Positions 39,006 to 49,425 of a stretch of 64,000 bases of DNA are shown piece by piece. The notes beneath the pieces are model-generated. The model was not told the DNA's origin and did no database searches. It saw nothing but the letters and a program-made list of their open reading frames with translations. The stretch comes from Gammaproteobacteria bacterium (GTDB lineage: Bacteria > Pseudomonadota > Gammaproteobacteria > G965277405), in NCBI GenBank assembly GCA_965277405.1, contig OZ255726.1, forward strand, positions 160,001-224,000. The letters run 5' to 3'. Position numbers and translations under genes: made by a program. How positions within the stretch are numbered: the stretch's first letter is position 1; each line of letters opens with the position of its first letter.

Positions 39006-39506
39006 TTAGTGAATTTTTGTTATAAACAACGACAACAACATAACAATAAGATACCCTGCAATTCCACAAAGTATTCCACCTGCAAACCCGCCTACGAATA
39101 AAGGTATGATAACGTGGTTCGATGCTTGAAATAAATCACTAATGCTGTGGATATCTACAAAGTCAACCATGCTTAATTGTTGTCCTAAAATCAGCCCGCC
39201 AAATAAGTACCACAGGTAGAAAATGGGAAGCCAAGTCAACGGATTAGATACCCAAACTCCAATAATTGCTACTGGAATATTCCCTCTAAACCAGACGCAA
39301 CAACACGTGGTGGGGATCATTTGGAAAGGAACTGGAATCATTGCCCAAAACAAACCAATTGCTGCACCAAGCGCAACAGTTCTCCAATGAAACTTCCAAT
39401 AAATTTGATTATGGATAATATGAGAAATAAAACGCAGCGCAGGATGCTGAGCTAATACCTTGGGCGTTGGTATGAGTGAAAGGATGAATTGCTTAATTGA
39501 AGACAT
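39006..39506 (-). CDS. DUF2062 family membrane protein
   Basis: VALGAAIGLFWAMIPVPFQM, WVSNPLT. Confidence 0.8.
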   Translation of the reverse strand: MSSIKQFILSLIPTPKVLAQHPALRFISHIIHNQIYWKFHWRTVALGAAIGLFWAMIPVPFQMIPTTCCCVWFRGNIPVAIIGVWVSNPLTWLPIFYLWYLFGGLILGQQLSMVDFVDIHSISDLFQASNHVIIPLFVGGFAGGILCGIAGYLIVMLLSLFITKIH

Positions 39507-39519
39507 ATAAACTATAAAT

Positions 39520-39596
39520 TGGTGCGCCAGGTAGGACTCGAACCTACAACCCTCGGCTTAGAAGGCCGATGCTCTGTCCAGTTGAGCTACTGACGC
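39520..39596 (-). tRNA. tRNA-Arg (anticodon TCT)
   Basis: GCGTCAGTAGCTCAACTGGACAGAGCATCGGCCTTCTAAGCCGAGGGTTGTAGGTTCGAGTCCTACCTGGCGCACCA cloverleaf with CCA. Confidence 0.96.
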
Positions 39597-39725
39597 TAAA
39601 TAAGAATGTCAAAGATAGTAAGACAACAATGGCTAGACCGTTACTTTTTCTTATGTTTTTGCATGGTAGCAATTTAAAACCAAAGCATCTAATGGTATAG
39701 CCAAATGCTTGATGCAACAGCTGTA

Positions 39726-40105
39726 TCAAGCATCAAGCGGCGGTATATAGTAAGGATTACCAACGGTGATAGGAGTTACGCTTGCGGTGGATGGCTTTTC
39801 AAATGCCCTTGCTAATGCCACTTTCATGAGCGGATCTATTGTTGTGATACACTAGATCAATGTCGTGACACAATGGGTTCACCCAGATTGCAGCAATAAT
39901 ACACCAATCATCTTGCATATCTGTTGATATCAGCTGCCTTGCAATAGCATCTTGGACACCTCGTGCCACCAGCTTGTGCCGCGCCCCACGTTGCCATACC
40001 GTGTATTTCACCAGCAATTGCTGCTTTGTACAGCAATTAATGTTGCTGGTTTTACCGCAAAATTTGGTGCATGAACGACCATAAAAGGGATACAGCCCTA
40101 CCTAG
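39726..40105 (-). pseudogene. Formaldehyde-activating enzyme (Fae)-like remnant
   Basis: Across frameshifts: PR*GCIPFMVVHAPNFAVKPATL / KAAIAGEIHGMATWGAAQAG / VARGVQDA...IIAAIWVNP...VYHNNR / GNPYY. Confidence 0.7.
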
Positions 40106-40213
40106 GTGTAAATGCTACGGAGGTTGTTCAGACATCAGCTAACTAAGAAGCTGGTACTCTATTAGTTACTAAACAAAGGAGTACAGCATGAACAACCTCC
40201 GTAGCATTTACAC
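40106..40213. mobile_element. MITE-B: ~108-bp element with perfect 25-bp terminal inverted repeats
   Basis: GTGTAAATGCTACGGAGGTTGTTCA ... TGAACAACCTCCGTAGCATTTACAC; IR recurs at 2112. Confidence 0.75.
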
Positions 40214-40865
40214 GTAGCAACAATATTTGCAAAAAGGTAAAAAAAAACACTCTAGCTTATAATCTGGTGGGCTTGGAAGCGCTACATCCACCGCGGCTAG
40301 AGTGTTTAGCTTTTTGTTATTATTGTAGTCACGTTGTTATTTTGGAAAGGTGACTTACTTGTTGGGAAATATTCTAGCAAAAATCATGCCAATGAATAGC
40401 CTTTTTTGTATATATTTTTAAATAATTCGCATTATTTTGTAACTCTGCTGCGGATTACACATTATTTATACAGTGGTAACAATACTATCAGCCCCACAGG
40501 CGCAGCTAAAACCGCTGTTACAACTCGACACCTATCAGCTCATGAACACTGGGATATTTGCAACTACAAGCGCAAGTATGCGCTTTGTAGTAAGCGGTAT
40601 CTGCCGTTATACAATAGCATCAGCTGTCACAACATATGCTGCTCAAAGTGAATGGATTATCAGTTATAGCGCTGCGTGGTAGCCAACATTGCCGCTGGAT
40701 ACTTACTCAGCACGTCGACACGCGATAATCAAGCAATGGATCCGTGGACTGTGATACGTGACTGTATTGTGCAGCACAACACTGCAACACCAATTACTAG
40801 CTATGATATGGATTTGCTAAATACAACATTGCATAGCAAACAGCAACATGTTGTAGCTGGATAGA

Positions 40866-41726
40866 TTACGGCAGTAAAGTAATGAGGCTTGAGGTATCAC
40901 TGCGGCTATGACCGTTTGCAGCTAACTCGTCGTAATATGTTTTGACAATATCTGTAATTGGCAGCGCGCTATTGCTCTTTTTAGCTTGCTCAATGCAAAT
41001 ATTCAGATCTTTAATCATCCACTCAACTGCAAAGCCATAATCAAATTTACGCTGCAACATTGTCGGTCCTCTATTGATCATTTGCCATGACTGTGCTGCA
41101 CCTTGACTCACCGTATCTAATACGCTAGACCCATCAAGTTCATTATTTTCAGCAAAACGCAATGCTTCAGAAAGTGCCTGAACCAGCCCTGCAATGCAGA
41201 TCTGGTTACACATTTTTGCTAATTGACCGTTCCCACTTTTCCCCATATAAGTAACAGTCGCCCCATACTGCTGCATCACTTGCTGGGCCGATGCAAACGT
41301 GGTGGCAGCACCGCCGACCATGATCGTCAAACTGCCCTGCTCTGCACCTGACTGCCCACCTGAAACTGGTGCGTCTAAAAAAGCAACGTCTTGTGCTGCA
41401 CAGACCTTAGATAGCTCTGTAGCGAGCACTGCAGATGTTGTGGTATGATCAACCAGAATACTGCCAGCTTGCAAGCCTGCAAGCACCCCATCTGCACCGT
41501 ACACAACACTGCGAACGTCGTCATCATTTCCCAAACATAGCGCCACATAGTCGGCGTCTTTAACCGCGGCTTTGGGGGTAGGAGCAAAATCTCCAGCATG
41601 TTGCTCAATCCAATGCTGTGATTTAGTTTGCGTGCGGTTATATACGGTGGTCGTTTTTGCCCATGCGTGCAAATGGCCGGCCATTGGGTATCCCATCACA
41701 CCAAGCCCTAAAAATGCTGTTTTCAT
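40866..41726 (-). CDS. NAD(P)-dependent beta-hydroxyacid dehydrogenase (3-hydroxyisobutyrate dehydrogenase family)
   Basis: FLGLGVMGYPMA, DAPVSGG, GQLAKMCNQ, MIKDL. Confidence 0.9.
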   Translation of the reverse strand: MKTAFLGLGVMGYPMAGHLHAWAKTTTVYNRTQTKSQHWIEQHAGDFAPTPKAAVKDADYVALCLGNDDDVRSVVYGADGVLAGLQAGSILVDHTTTSAVLATELSKVCAAQDVAFLDAPVSGGQSGAEQGSLTIMVGGAATTFASAQQVMQQYGATVTYMGKSGNGQLAKMCNQICIAGLVQALSEALRFAENNELDGSSVLDTVSQGAAQSWQMINRGPTMLQRKFDYGFAVEWMIKDLNICIEQAKKSNSALPITDIVKTYYDELAANGHSRSDTSSLITLLP

Positions 41727-42373
41727 TGTGCCTCCAACATAGTGTCCAACGGAGTTTGTAACCACAGCGTCAGCGGTTTATCTGCTGCAATCTCTAACTG
41801 GTTATTAACAATATTACTGATACTTACCGCGCCGCTGACAGTCACGCCAATTGGTAGCTGCCACCGCAGTCCAGCTGCGTTGCTAATCACGGTTTCACCG
41901 TGCAACGCAAAAAATGATACTTTGCACTCAACTGCAAATGGTTGTTTAATGCTGCTGTGGATGCACCACGTCTGCGTATCGTCACCACATACAACCTGGG
42001 TAAAATACTGCTGGTATGCTTGCAATACAACAATTGAATTGAGCATATGATGGGTTTCGCTACCAGCTAGCCCCACAATAGCTATGTGAGAACAACCGCG
42101 GTGTAAACTGTATGTTAGCGCCTTCTCAACATCTGTGACGTTCTGATCACACAGCGCCACTAGATTTTTGACATGGTTTGCGGCCTGCGCATCGTCAAGG
42201 TTAGCAGAATCAAAATCCCCAATCGCAACATCTACGGCTAATCCAGCCGGTATTTGATTGATGCCACCATTGCAGGCAATATGGAGGTCAAACCGCTGCC
42301 AAATTTTTTGCAGAAAGCTAGGTGGAATTGTGGCGTTGACAACCAATAATGCCGCGCGCTTTGCCTGAGTCAT
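41723..42373 (-). CDS. Thiamine diphosphokinase (ThiN-like)
   Basis: IGDFDS, DQNVTDVEKAL, GLRWQL, SISN. Confidence 0.78.
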   Translation of the reverse strand: MTQAKRAALLVVNATIPPSFLQKIWQRFDLHIACNGGINQIPAGLAVDVAIGDFDSANLDDAQAANHVKNLVALCDQNVTDVEKALTYSLHRGCSHIAIVGLAGSETHHMLNSIVVLQAYQQYFTQVVCGDDTQTWCIHSSIKQPFAVECKVSFFALHGETVISNAAGLRWQLPIGVTVSGAVSISNIVNNQLEIAADKPLTLWLQTPLDTMLEAQ

Positions 42374-42850
42374 TTATATATTCACTGTATACGTTGCTTT
42401 GCCAAGTTCAGTGTTACTTTCACTATGCATTATGCGTATCAACCATTTTCCAGCAAACCGTGTCGGAACGCGCTTCCAAACCCGGTAGCGATATGAAGTG
42501 CTGACTTGCACGACATCTCTTTTCAGTACTTTGCCAGTGTGAATATATTGAATTTCTATCGTGTCTTGCTGCTCAAGCGGCACCAAAATACTCATCCAAA
42601 TATATAAGCGTTGCGAAAGTTGGATGGAATTACTCGCAACAGGTTTCTCGCAATCAAATTTACGCGGTCCTGTTGTTTGCACTTGCTCACAAAATATTAT
42701 TTTTACCAAAACTGGGGATGCGCCGTTCATATAATAGTTGAAAACCTTGGCTATTTCCGCGCCGCTCGGTGCTTCTAGTGCCTGTACATTTTGTGCTATT
42801 GCCACACTAAACATCAACACCACAGCCCAGGCATATTGTATCTTAGTCAT
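42374..42850 (-). CDS. Exported protein, DUF2914-like Ig-fold
   Basis: Signal peptide; YRYRVWK...GKWLIRI C-terminal pattern. Confidence 0.5.
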   Translation of the reverse strand: MTKIQYAWAVVLMFSVAIAQNVQALEAPSGAEIAKVFNYYMNGASPVLVKIIFCEQVQTTGPRKFDCEKPVASNSIQLSQRLYIWMSILVPLEQQDTIEIQYIHTGKVLKRDVVQVSTSYRYRVWKRVPTRFAGKWLIRIMHSESNTELGKATYTVNI

Positions 42851-44015
42851 TTATCTTACCCTCGCTTACAGCACATTCAAGGATAGTATTATGCTGCCAA
42901 AAACCAACATCGGTTAACATAATTGATTCGTTGTCGCTTTCATACATTGTGCGATCAACATTTTCTTTAAAAAAAGCAAGCAAACATTCACCACGCAGTT
43001 TGGTCGCCATTGCAAACCCGACTAGCGTAAACCTGTCCCGCAGCCGCAATACATTCAATAAATACTCATACAGTAAATCAGTCACTGCTATGGGTTGATG
43101 CACTGCCACCCGTTCAACAGCCTGCACATATGACGATGGTCGTTTTAACAGCTGATAGCGTGCAACACCTTTTTCATTGGTGTATTTACCGTGCGCACCT
43201 GCGCCAATCGCCATATAATCTCCGTATCGCCAATAATTGAGATTATGCTGGCATATTTGCTCTTCACGGCAATATGCGGAAACTTCATATTGGCGATAAC
43301 CATGGATTGCTAACAGCGCAATCCCTGCCTGTTGTATTTGCCAAATAGCCTCATCGCTTGGTAGCTGGGGCGGATGGTTGGCAAATTGTGTATTTGCCTC
43401 AATAGTAAGTTGATACCAAGATATATGGGTAGGACGCAAGGCAATAGCTTGGTGTAAGTCTTGCAGTGCTGCATCAGTAGACTGCCCAGCTAGCCCGAAA
43501 ATAATATCAATGTTAAAGTTACTGATGCCCGCTGCACGCCCATATTTAACCGCTTTAACAATGTCCCCGCCAGCGTGGAGCCGCTGTAAATGGAGTAATT
43601 GCGCTGTGTCAAACGATTGACCACCAATCGATAACCGATTAACACCTAGCTGTTGATAGCCTGCAAAAAAATCTGCATTGCTGGAGTTTGGGTTGGCTTC
43701 AATGGTAACTTCACAATGTTGCTGTAAATATGGAGTAATGGCTGCAAATAGCGGCACAAGTTGTGCTGGCGCTATCAAACTCGGCGTACCACCGCCAATA
43801 AACACACTAGTTATTTTTCTGTGGTGTTTGTTGCCGTTGCATACGCCGTGCCACTGGCGTATGCGGTGAAAATCTGCAACCAGCGTTGTGACATATAGCT
43901 GCACATCAGTTGCTTTTGGCTGCCCTGCATACGAGTTAAAATCGCAGTAGCCACACTTATGTTCACACCATGGAAAGTGAATATACAGTCCTAGCGGCTG
44001 CTGTTGTTGCGCCAT
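42843..44015 (-). CDS. hemW: Radical SAM heme chaperone HemW
   Basis: LYIHFPWCEHKCGYCDFNS, GGGTPS, EANP, YEVSAY, HNLNYW.YGDY. Confidence 0.9.
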   Translation of the reverse strand: MAQQQQPLGLYIHFPWCEHKCGYCDFNSYAGQPKATDVQLYVTTLVADFHRIRQWHGVCNGNKHHRKITSVFIGGGTPSLIAPAQLVPLFAAITPYLQQHCEVTIEANPNSSNADFFAGYQQLGVNRLSIGGQSFDTAQLLHLQRLHAGGDIVKAVKYGRAAGISNFNIDIIFGLAGQSTDAALQDLHQAIALRPTHISWYQLTIEANTQFANHPPQLPSDEAIWQIQQAGIALLAIHGYRQYEVSAYCREEQICQHNLNYWRYGDYMAIGAGAHGKYTNEKGVARYQLLKRPSSYVQAVERVAVHQPIAVTDLLYEYLLNVLRLRDRFTLVGFAMATKLRGECLLAFFKENVDRTMYESDNESIMLTDVGFWQHNTILECAVSEGKIND

Positions 44016-44094
44016 CGTGCGGTGCGTATGGTTTAGTTAATCAGTCGCTAGTGTCGGTTACCAATCAACAGCAATATGCTCACTACCCCTGCGT

Positions 44095-45417
44095 TTAAGG
44101 AAGTGTCAGCGGTATAAATGCTGGAAAGCCTCTGCGCACCACCCGAATGGCAACAGTCTGTCCGCTTTTCAGCAGATTGAGCAATTCAGTAAATTCTTTA
44201 ACAGAGCGAATTGGCGCTTGATACACATGGGTGAAAATATCTCCTTTTTTAAAACCAGATAACTCAGCAGGGGAATCTCTGCGTACGGCAACGAGGCGCA
44301 CGCCAAATTCAACTTCTGCTTGGTTGCGTTGATCATCGGGTAGGTTCTCTAAGCTAAAACCCAATAAACTCAGCATTCTGACAGATGGTATGCCACCTGC
44401 TATCGGATTTCCTTGCGCATCAGCTTCTCGTGATCCAATTATCACGTCTAAACTAGTTTTTTTGCCGTGACGAATAATATCGACAGCAACTTTACTACCT
44501 ATCTGCGCACGCCCAACCACCACTGGTAAATCGCTCGATTCAATAATTTCATCCGCACCGAAGCGCAACACGATATCACCATTGCGTAAGCCACTTTTTT
44601 GCGCAGGCGAATCTGGATAAACTTCTAAAATCAACGCGCCTACAGGCTTGTCAATATCAAATGCTTCAAGCAATGAATGATCAACATTTGATATGGTGAC
44701 GCCCAGCCAGCCCCTGACAATTTTTCCTGTTTCTTTTAATTGTTTGGCAACATCCATGGCAATTTTTATGGGGATGGCAAAAGCTAGGCCAGCAAAGGTG
44801 CCGGTGCGAGAAAAAATCTGTGAATTGATACCAATAACCTCACCAGCAACATTGAACAAGGGACCACCAGAATTTCCAGGGTTCACCGCTGCATCTGTTT
44901 GGATAAACGGTACATATGTCTCGTTTGGCAATCGACGACCTTTCGCGCTAACAATGCCAATAGTAATTGAATAATCTAACCCAAACGGCGAGCCAATAGC
45001 CGCAACCCAGTCGCCTTCTTGACTCGCATCGCTATTACCGATCCTGACAACTGGTAGCGGTTTATCATATGTAATTTTGATAAGTGCCACATCAGTTTGT
45101 GGATCAGCACCAATCAAACGAGCTTTTAACTCGGTGCGATCTTGCAAGCGCACAATAATATTCTGACTCTGCCGAACAACATGGTTATTGGTTAAAATAT
45201 ATCCATCTTGTGAAATAATAAACCCAGAACCAAAACCTTGCTGCTTGCCTTGACGAGAATTGCTGCCCTCACTAGTGTTGGTAACATTAACAATCGCAGC
45301 AACATTATCTTTGAAAAGCTGTCGAAAATTTGGTAGTGACTCAGCTACTGTAAGCGAAGAAAAAACTAGCAGCAATAACACACTGCATCCACGGAATATT
45401 CTGTATTTCATTATCAT
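44095..45417 (-). CDS. Do/DegQ-family periplasmic serine protease with two PDZ domains
   Basis: GSGFIIS, TNNHVV, DVALIK, IQTDAAVNPGNSGGPL. Confidence 0.93.
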   Translation of the reverse strand: MIMKYRIFRGCSVLLLLVFSSLTVAESLPNFRQLFKDNVAAIVNVTNTSEGSNSRQGKQQGFGSGFIISQDGYILTNNHVVRQSQNIIVRLQDRTELKARLIGADPQTDVALIKITYDKPLPVVRIGNSDASQEGDWVAAIGSPFGLDYSITIGIVSAKGRRLPNETYVPFIQTDAAVNPGNSGGPLFNVAGEVIGINSQIFSRTGTFAGLAFAIPIKIAMDVAKQLKETGKIVRGWLGVTISNVDHSLLEAFDIDKPVGALILEVYPDSPAQKSGLRNGDIVLRFGADEIIESSDLPVVVGRAQIGSKVAVDIIRHGKKTSLDVIIGSREADAQGNPIAGGIPSVRMLSLLGFSLENLPDDQRNQAEVEFGVRLVAVRRDSPAELSGFKKGDIFTHVYQAPIRSVKEFTELLNLLKSGQTVAIRVVRRGFPAFIPLTLP

Positions 45418-45440
45418 TTTGTTAACTCATAATGTTGAAG

Positions 45441-45469
45441 GGAACTTTGATTAAATCGCTGATGAAGAG
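45441..45469 (-). mobile_element. MITE-A right-end remnant upstream of degP-like gene
   Basis: GGAACTTTGATTAAATCGCTGATGAAGAG resembles GGAACCTCTGATTAAGTCGCTGATGGAGCG. Confidence 0.5.
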
Positions 45470-45672
45470 TGTATTGCCAATAGCAATTGGGTAAGCAAAT
45501 AATGTCGCAATATGTACATACAATATGTACATAGTTGTATGCCAATTGGATGCTACTTGAGCTATCCACTCATTACAATTGCCAAGATGTAACCAACCAA
45601 GCCCATAATGGCAAGCACAATGAACGTTGTGCCAAATCATATCACATGCAACAATGTATGTGACAATGTGTG

Positions 45673-46833
45673 TTATTCATATAAAGAATAGGCAACCCCT
45701 TGTAACATATCAAAAGACTGTTGCAATTGGCTAGCAGTAACAAACTCATTTGCCTGATGCGCTTGCTCAATTGAACCTGGACCGCATACCACAACTGATG
45801 TGTCAAGCGACTGAAACAACCCTGCTTCTGTTGCAAAAGAAACCACGTCTTCGGTACGTTTTCCAAGCAATTGACCCACGAGTAAAGCTGCTAAATTTTC
45901 ACCCATTGGTTGAAAAATTTCCACCTCGCTGACAGTTTTTGTTGTAATCATTGCATCTGGATACACCTTGCGCATTTCAGGCAGTAACGACTGCTTGCAT
46001 AATGCTGTTATTGCGTTGTGGACATACGCACTATCTGCTTGATTGAGGGGGCGCATTTCCCAATCGATCTGCGCAGCATCAGCAATCACATTGTGCGCAT
46101 GACCACCACAGATTTTACCGATATTAATCGTCGTCCATGCAGGGGTGTATTTACTATTCTCAGCTGCACGACCTTGACAATCTTCATGAATTTCAAGCAG
46201 TTTTTTTCCAAACCTAATCGCGTATTCCGTAGCACTAACACCTTTATTGGGCAATGACGCATGCCCTGCCAGTCCAGTGAAATACGTGGTGTAGGCGTTA
46301 CAACCCTTATGGCCGATTACCGACTGCATTAGTGTTGGCTCACCAACGATGACACGGTTTGGCACAACCGCCATAGTTTGTATTTCCTTCACCAGTGCAG
46401 CTACCCCCAAACACCCGACTTCTTCATCATAAGTGAAGGCAAAATGGATAGGACGCTGCAATTTTCCTGCGTCTACCACATCCAAAACGCCGAGACTTGT
46501 CGCAATAAACCCTTTCATGTCACAACTGCCGCGCCCATATAGCCTTTCATCAACAGTACATAGCATAAATGGGTCGCTATGCCATGGCTGGCCAACAACA
46601 GGAACAACATCGGTATGACCAGAAAATATAACTCCGCCGTCACATTCAGGGCCTAGCGTAGCAAATACGTTGGCTTTGCGACCGCTTATATCCGCAAAGC
46701 AGGCCACCTTAGCCCCACGTTGTTCTAAATAGTTTGCTAGATATTCAACCAGTGCGAGATTAGACTCTGATGAAATAGTTGGATAGGCAATAATATCGCT
46801 TAAAATAGCTATGGTCTGGCTGGGTTCTTTCAT
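45673..46833 (-). CDS. argE: Acetylornithine deacetylase
   Basis: PTISSESNL, SGHTDVVPV, YGRGSCDMKGF, YDEEVGCLG, GEPT, TEAGLF, GPGSIEQAH. Confidence 0.88.
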   Translation of the reverse strand: MKEPSQTIAILSDIIAYPTISSESNLALVEYLANYLEQRGAKVACFADISGRKANVFATLGPECDGGVIFSGHTDVVPVVGQPWHSDPFMLCTVDERLYGRGSCDMKGFIATSLGVLDVVDAGKLQRPIHFAFTYDEEVGCLGVAALVKEIQTMAVVPNRVIVGEPTLMQSVIGHKGCNAYTTYFTGLAGHASLPNKGVSATEYAIRFGKKLLEIHEDCQGRAAENSKYTPAWTTINIGKICGGHAHNVIADAAQIDWEMRPLNQADSAYVHNAITALCKQSLLPEMRKVYPDAMITTKTVSEVEIFQPMGENLAALLVGQLLGKRTEDVVSFATEAGLFQSLDTSVVVCGPGSIEQAHQANEFVTASQLQQSFDMLQGVAYSLYE

Positions 46834-48230
46834 TTCCTGTGTTTGGCTATTGAGCGGCGCAATGCATTACGTTGAGCAATCCGTGCGTGCGCAAAATTAT
46901 TTTTGGGTACGTCATCTGTCACAGTGGTTGCTGCGGCAATGAAGGCGTTATCATCCAACTTGACAGGCGCAACCAATGTTGTGTTTGAACCGACAAAAAC
47001 ACCATTGCCAAGCTGCGTTATATGCTTGTTGTTGCCGTCATAATTACACGTGATTGTCCCTGCGCCAATATTACAACCGTCGCCAATATTGCAATCCCCA
47101 ATATATGAGAGATGGTTGACTTTACTCTTAGCACCAATGACGGCATTTTTTGTTTCGACAAAGTTGCCGATTTTAGCGTGCTCAGCAATCTTACTGCTAG
47201 GGCGGATGCGTGCAAAAGGACCAATACTCGCAGCCATGCCAATCTGCGCTCCATCGATAAGTGAATACGGCTTGATGGTTGCGCCATCGGCAATGTGACA
47301 GTTACGCAACATACAGCCACTGCCTATTAAAACGTTGTTTCCTAGCGTTACTCGACCTTCAATGATGACATTAACATCAATCCGCGTATCGCTACCGTGG
47401 GTCAATTGTCCGCGCAAATCAAAACGCTGCGGGTCAACAAGGTGCAGACCTTTACGCATCATTTCGTTGGCTTGATGTAGTTGATAATGCCGCTCTAAAT
47501 TCGCTTGATCGGCACGGTCATTGATTCCCAAAACTTCCCAATCATTCGCTGAATGAATACCGCAGACAATACAGTTTTCTTGCAAAGCAAGCCGGATGCA
47601 CTGGGTGATGTAAAATTCTTGTTGGCTATTGGTATTTGTCAGTTGGTGGACCAATTTCTTAAACAACGCCTTCGATGCTGCATACGCACCGCAGTTGATT
47701 TCTCTAATATTTCGTTGCAGCATATTTGCATCTTTTTCCTCGACAACTTCGGCGATGAGATGAGCATCATCACGAATTACCCTCCCATAGCCGGTGGCAT
47801 CGTCAACATGCGATGTCAAGATAGCCAGCGCATCGTCACTCCCTTGAATCATTTGCTGCATCGTCGCTGCGCTTAATAACGGCATGTCACCGTTGAGCAC
47901 CAGCACTGTATTACCATCGGTTACATGCTCTAAAGCAACTTGTAATGCATGCCCTGTCCCCAACAGTTCTGCTTGTACACAGAGTTTAATATTAGGGTGG
48001 TGTGCGCATAAATATAAAAACTGCTGGTGTTCAGTACCGACCACCACCAATATTTGTGCGGTATCGAGGGTTTGCACCGCCGCAATAATATGTTCGATGA
48101 GAGGAATCCCAGCAATATGCTGCAGCGGTTTTGCTACATTTGAATGCATTCGCGTCCCTTTGCCTGCGGCTAAAATTACAACAGTTGTTGTCATAGTTGT
48201 TGCCATATTCGTTGACATATTTATTGCCAT
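46830..48230 (-). CDS. glmU: Bifunctional UDP-GlcNAc pyrophosphorylase / glucosamine-1-P acetyltransferase
   Basis: VILAAGKGTRM, LGTGHA, GYGR, GPFARIRP, HLSYIGD, GAGTITCNYDG; several possible starts 48194-48230. Confidence 0.96.
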   Translation of the reverse strand: MAINMSTNMATTMTTTVVILAAGKGTRMHSNVAKPLQHIAGIPLIEHIIAAVQTLDTAQILVVVGTEHQQFLYLCAHHPNIKLCVQAELLGTGHALQVALEHVTDGNTVLVLNGDMPLLSAATMQQMIQGSDDALAILTSHVDDATGYGRVIRDDAHLIAEVVEEKDANMLQRNIREINCGAYAASKALFKKLVHQLTNTNSQQEFYITQCIRLALQENCIVCGIHSANDWEVLGINDRADQANLERHYQLHQANEMMRKGLHLVDPQRFDLRGQLTHGSDTRIDVNVIIEGRVTLGNNVLIGSGCMLRNCHIADGATIKPYSLIDGAQIGMAASIGPFARIRPSSKIAEHAKIGNFVETKNAVIGAKSKVNHLSYIGDCNIGDGCNIGAGTITCNYDGNNKHITQLGNGVFVGSNTTLVAPVKLDDNAFIAAATTVTDDVPKNNFAHARIAQRNALRRSIAKHRK

Positions 48231-48287
48231 ATTTGTATGTTTAGAAATAATTCATCCATTGTGCAGCAAACCCACAATAATATATGA

Positions 48288-48956
48288 TTGAAATTTGTTT
48301 TTTACCAGCTTTGGAGCACAACCACGATTCCCCAACTCAATCACCACCTTAGCCGATTTCCAGCGACGCACACCGCATTAGCTGAACCAAACGGGCTGCT
48401 CGCCTATGGTGGTGATTTGCAACCGCAACGCCTGTTGCACGCCTACGCGCAAGGGATATTTCCATGGTATAACGAACCACCAATCCTCTGGTGGAGCCCA
48501 TCCCCAAGATTAGTGCTGTTCCCGCAAAACCTGCATATCTCCCGCCGTGATGCCAAGTTATTCAAAGCCAAGCCTTGGTATTGTAAACTCAACTATTGTT
48601 TTGTCGATGTGATTACACAATGCGCAAACCGCCCCAAAACTGGCACGTGGATTCACCCTGAAATGATACAAGCATATCTAGCATTACATACCACAGGTCA
48701 TGCCCATAGCGTTGCGGTATTGAACGGGCAACAAATCATTGCGGGATTATACGGCATTCGCATCCATAACGTATTTTTTGGCGAGTCGATTTTTTCTAAT
48801 GTGGCAAGTGCCAGCAAGTTTGCCGTTCAAGCACTTTGCAGGTGGTGTATTGATCAAGGCATCCAACTGATTGACTGCCAACAACAAACGCCGTTTCTCA
48901 CCAGTCTTGGTGCAGATGAAATCAGTCGAGCAACCTTTGAAACATATTTATTATAG
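48288..48956 (+). CDS. aat: Leucyl/phenylalanyl-tRNA--protein transferase
   Basis: EPNGLLAYGGDL, AYAQGIFPW, LWWSPSPR, GHAHSV, FFGESIFS, LIDCQ; start uncertain. Confidence 0.92.
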   Translation: MKFVFYQLWSTTTIPQLNHHLSRFPATHTALAEPNGLLAYGGDLQPQRLLHAYAQGIFPWYNEPPILWWSPSPRLVLFPQNLHISRRDAKLFKAKPWYCKLNYCFVDVITQCANRPKTGTWIHPEMIQAYLALHTTGHAHSVAVLNGQQIIAGLYGIRIHNVFFGESIFSNVASASKFAVQALCRWCIDQGIQLIDCQQQTPFLTSLGADEISRATFETYLL

Positions 48957-48967
48957 GCTCATGCTAG

Positions 48968-49243
48968 GGAAACTCTGATTAAGTCCATGACGGGCGAGAC
49001 GGAAAAAAAACGCTGATGATAACTAGACGCAGTGCGCTGATAATACTGGTGGTATTATTAAGTGCTGCAACGACGTTAGCGCAGCGTTTTTTCCCGTCCT
49101 TCTGTTGAATATACAACGGTTTGATGGTAATTGCTGTGTTGCATCCCTTGGCGTATAACTCGGCATGCGCTTAGCGGTTTGCGCCTTGCAATCATCAGCA
49201 ATTGCCATCAAACTCGCTCCATCAGCACTTAATCAGAGGTTCC
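48968..49243 (+). mobile_element. MITE-A full copy
   Basis: TIRs; flanks CTAG / TTAG. Confidence 0.9.
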
Positions 49244-49425
49244 TTAGCAGATCTGGGTTGCTAGGTGGTACAACAACAAACATTATTCACGGCAGGCGGC
49301 AACATATGCCCGCGACATATGACCACGACAATTGCTGCGCTGGGATATGTATTTGCGCTATCATGCAATGTAAGCTGCGTTGCAATCAACGCTATTTACT
49401 AGCAAAATCACCGTATTAGCGTGCT

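Noticed and set aside
40380-40865. Short ORFs 40406-40864 (and 45422-45640) as genes
   Set aside because: Fragmentary with no recognisable family; possibly decayed genes but cannot be assigned
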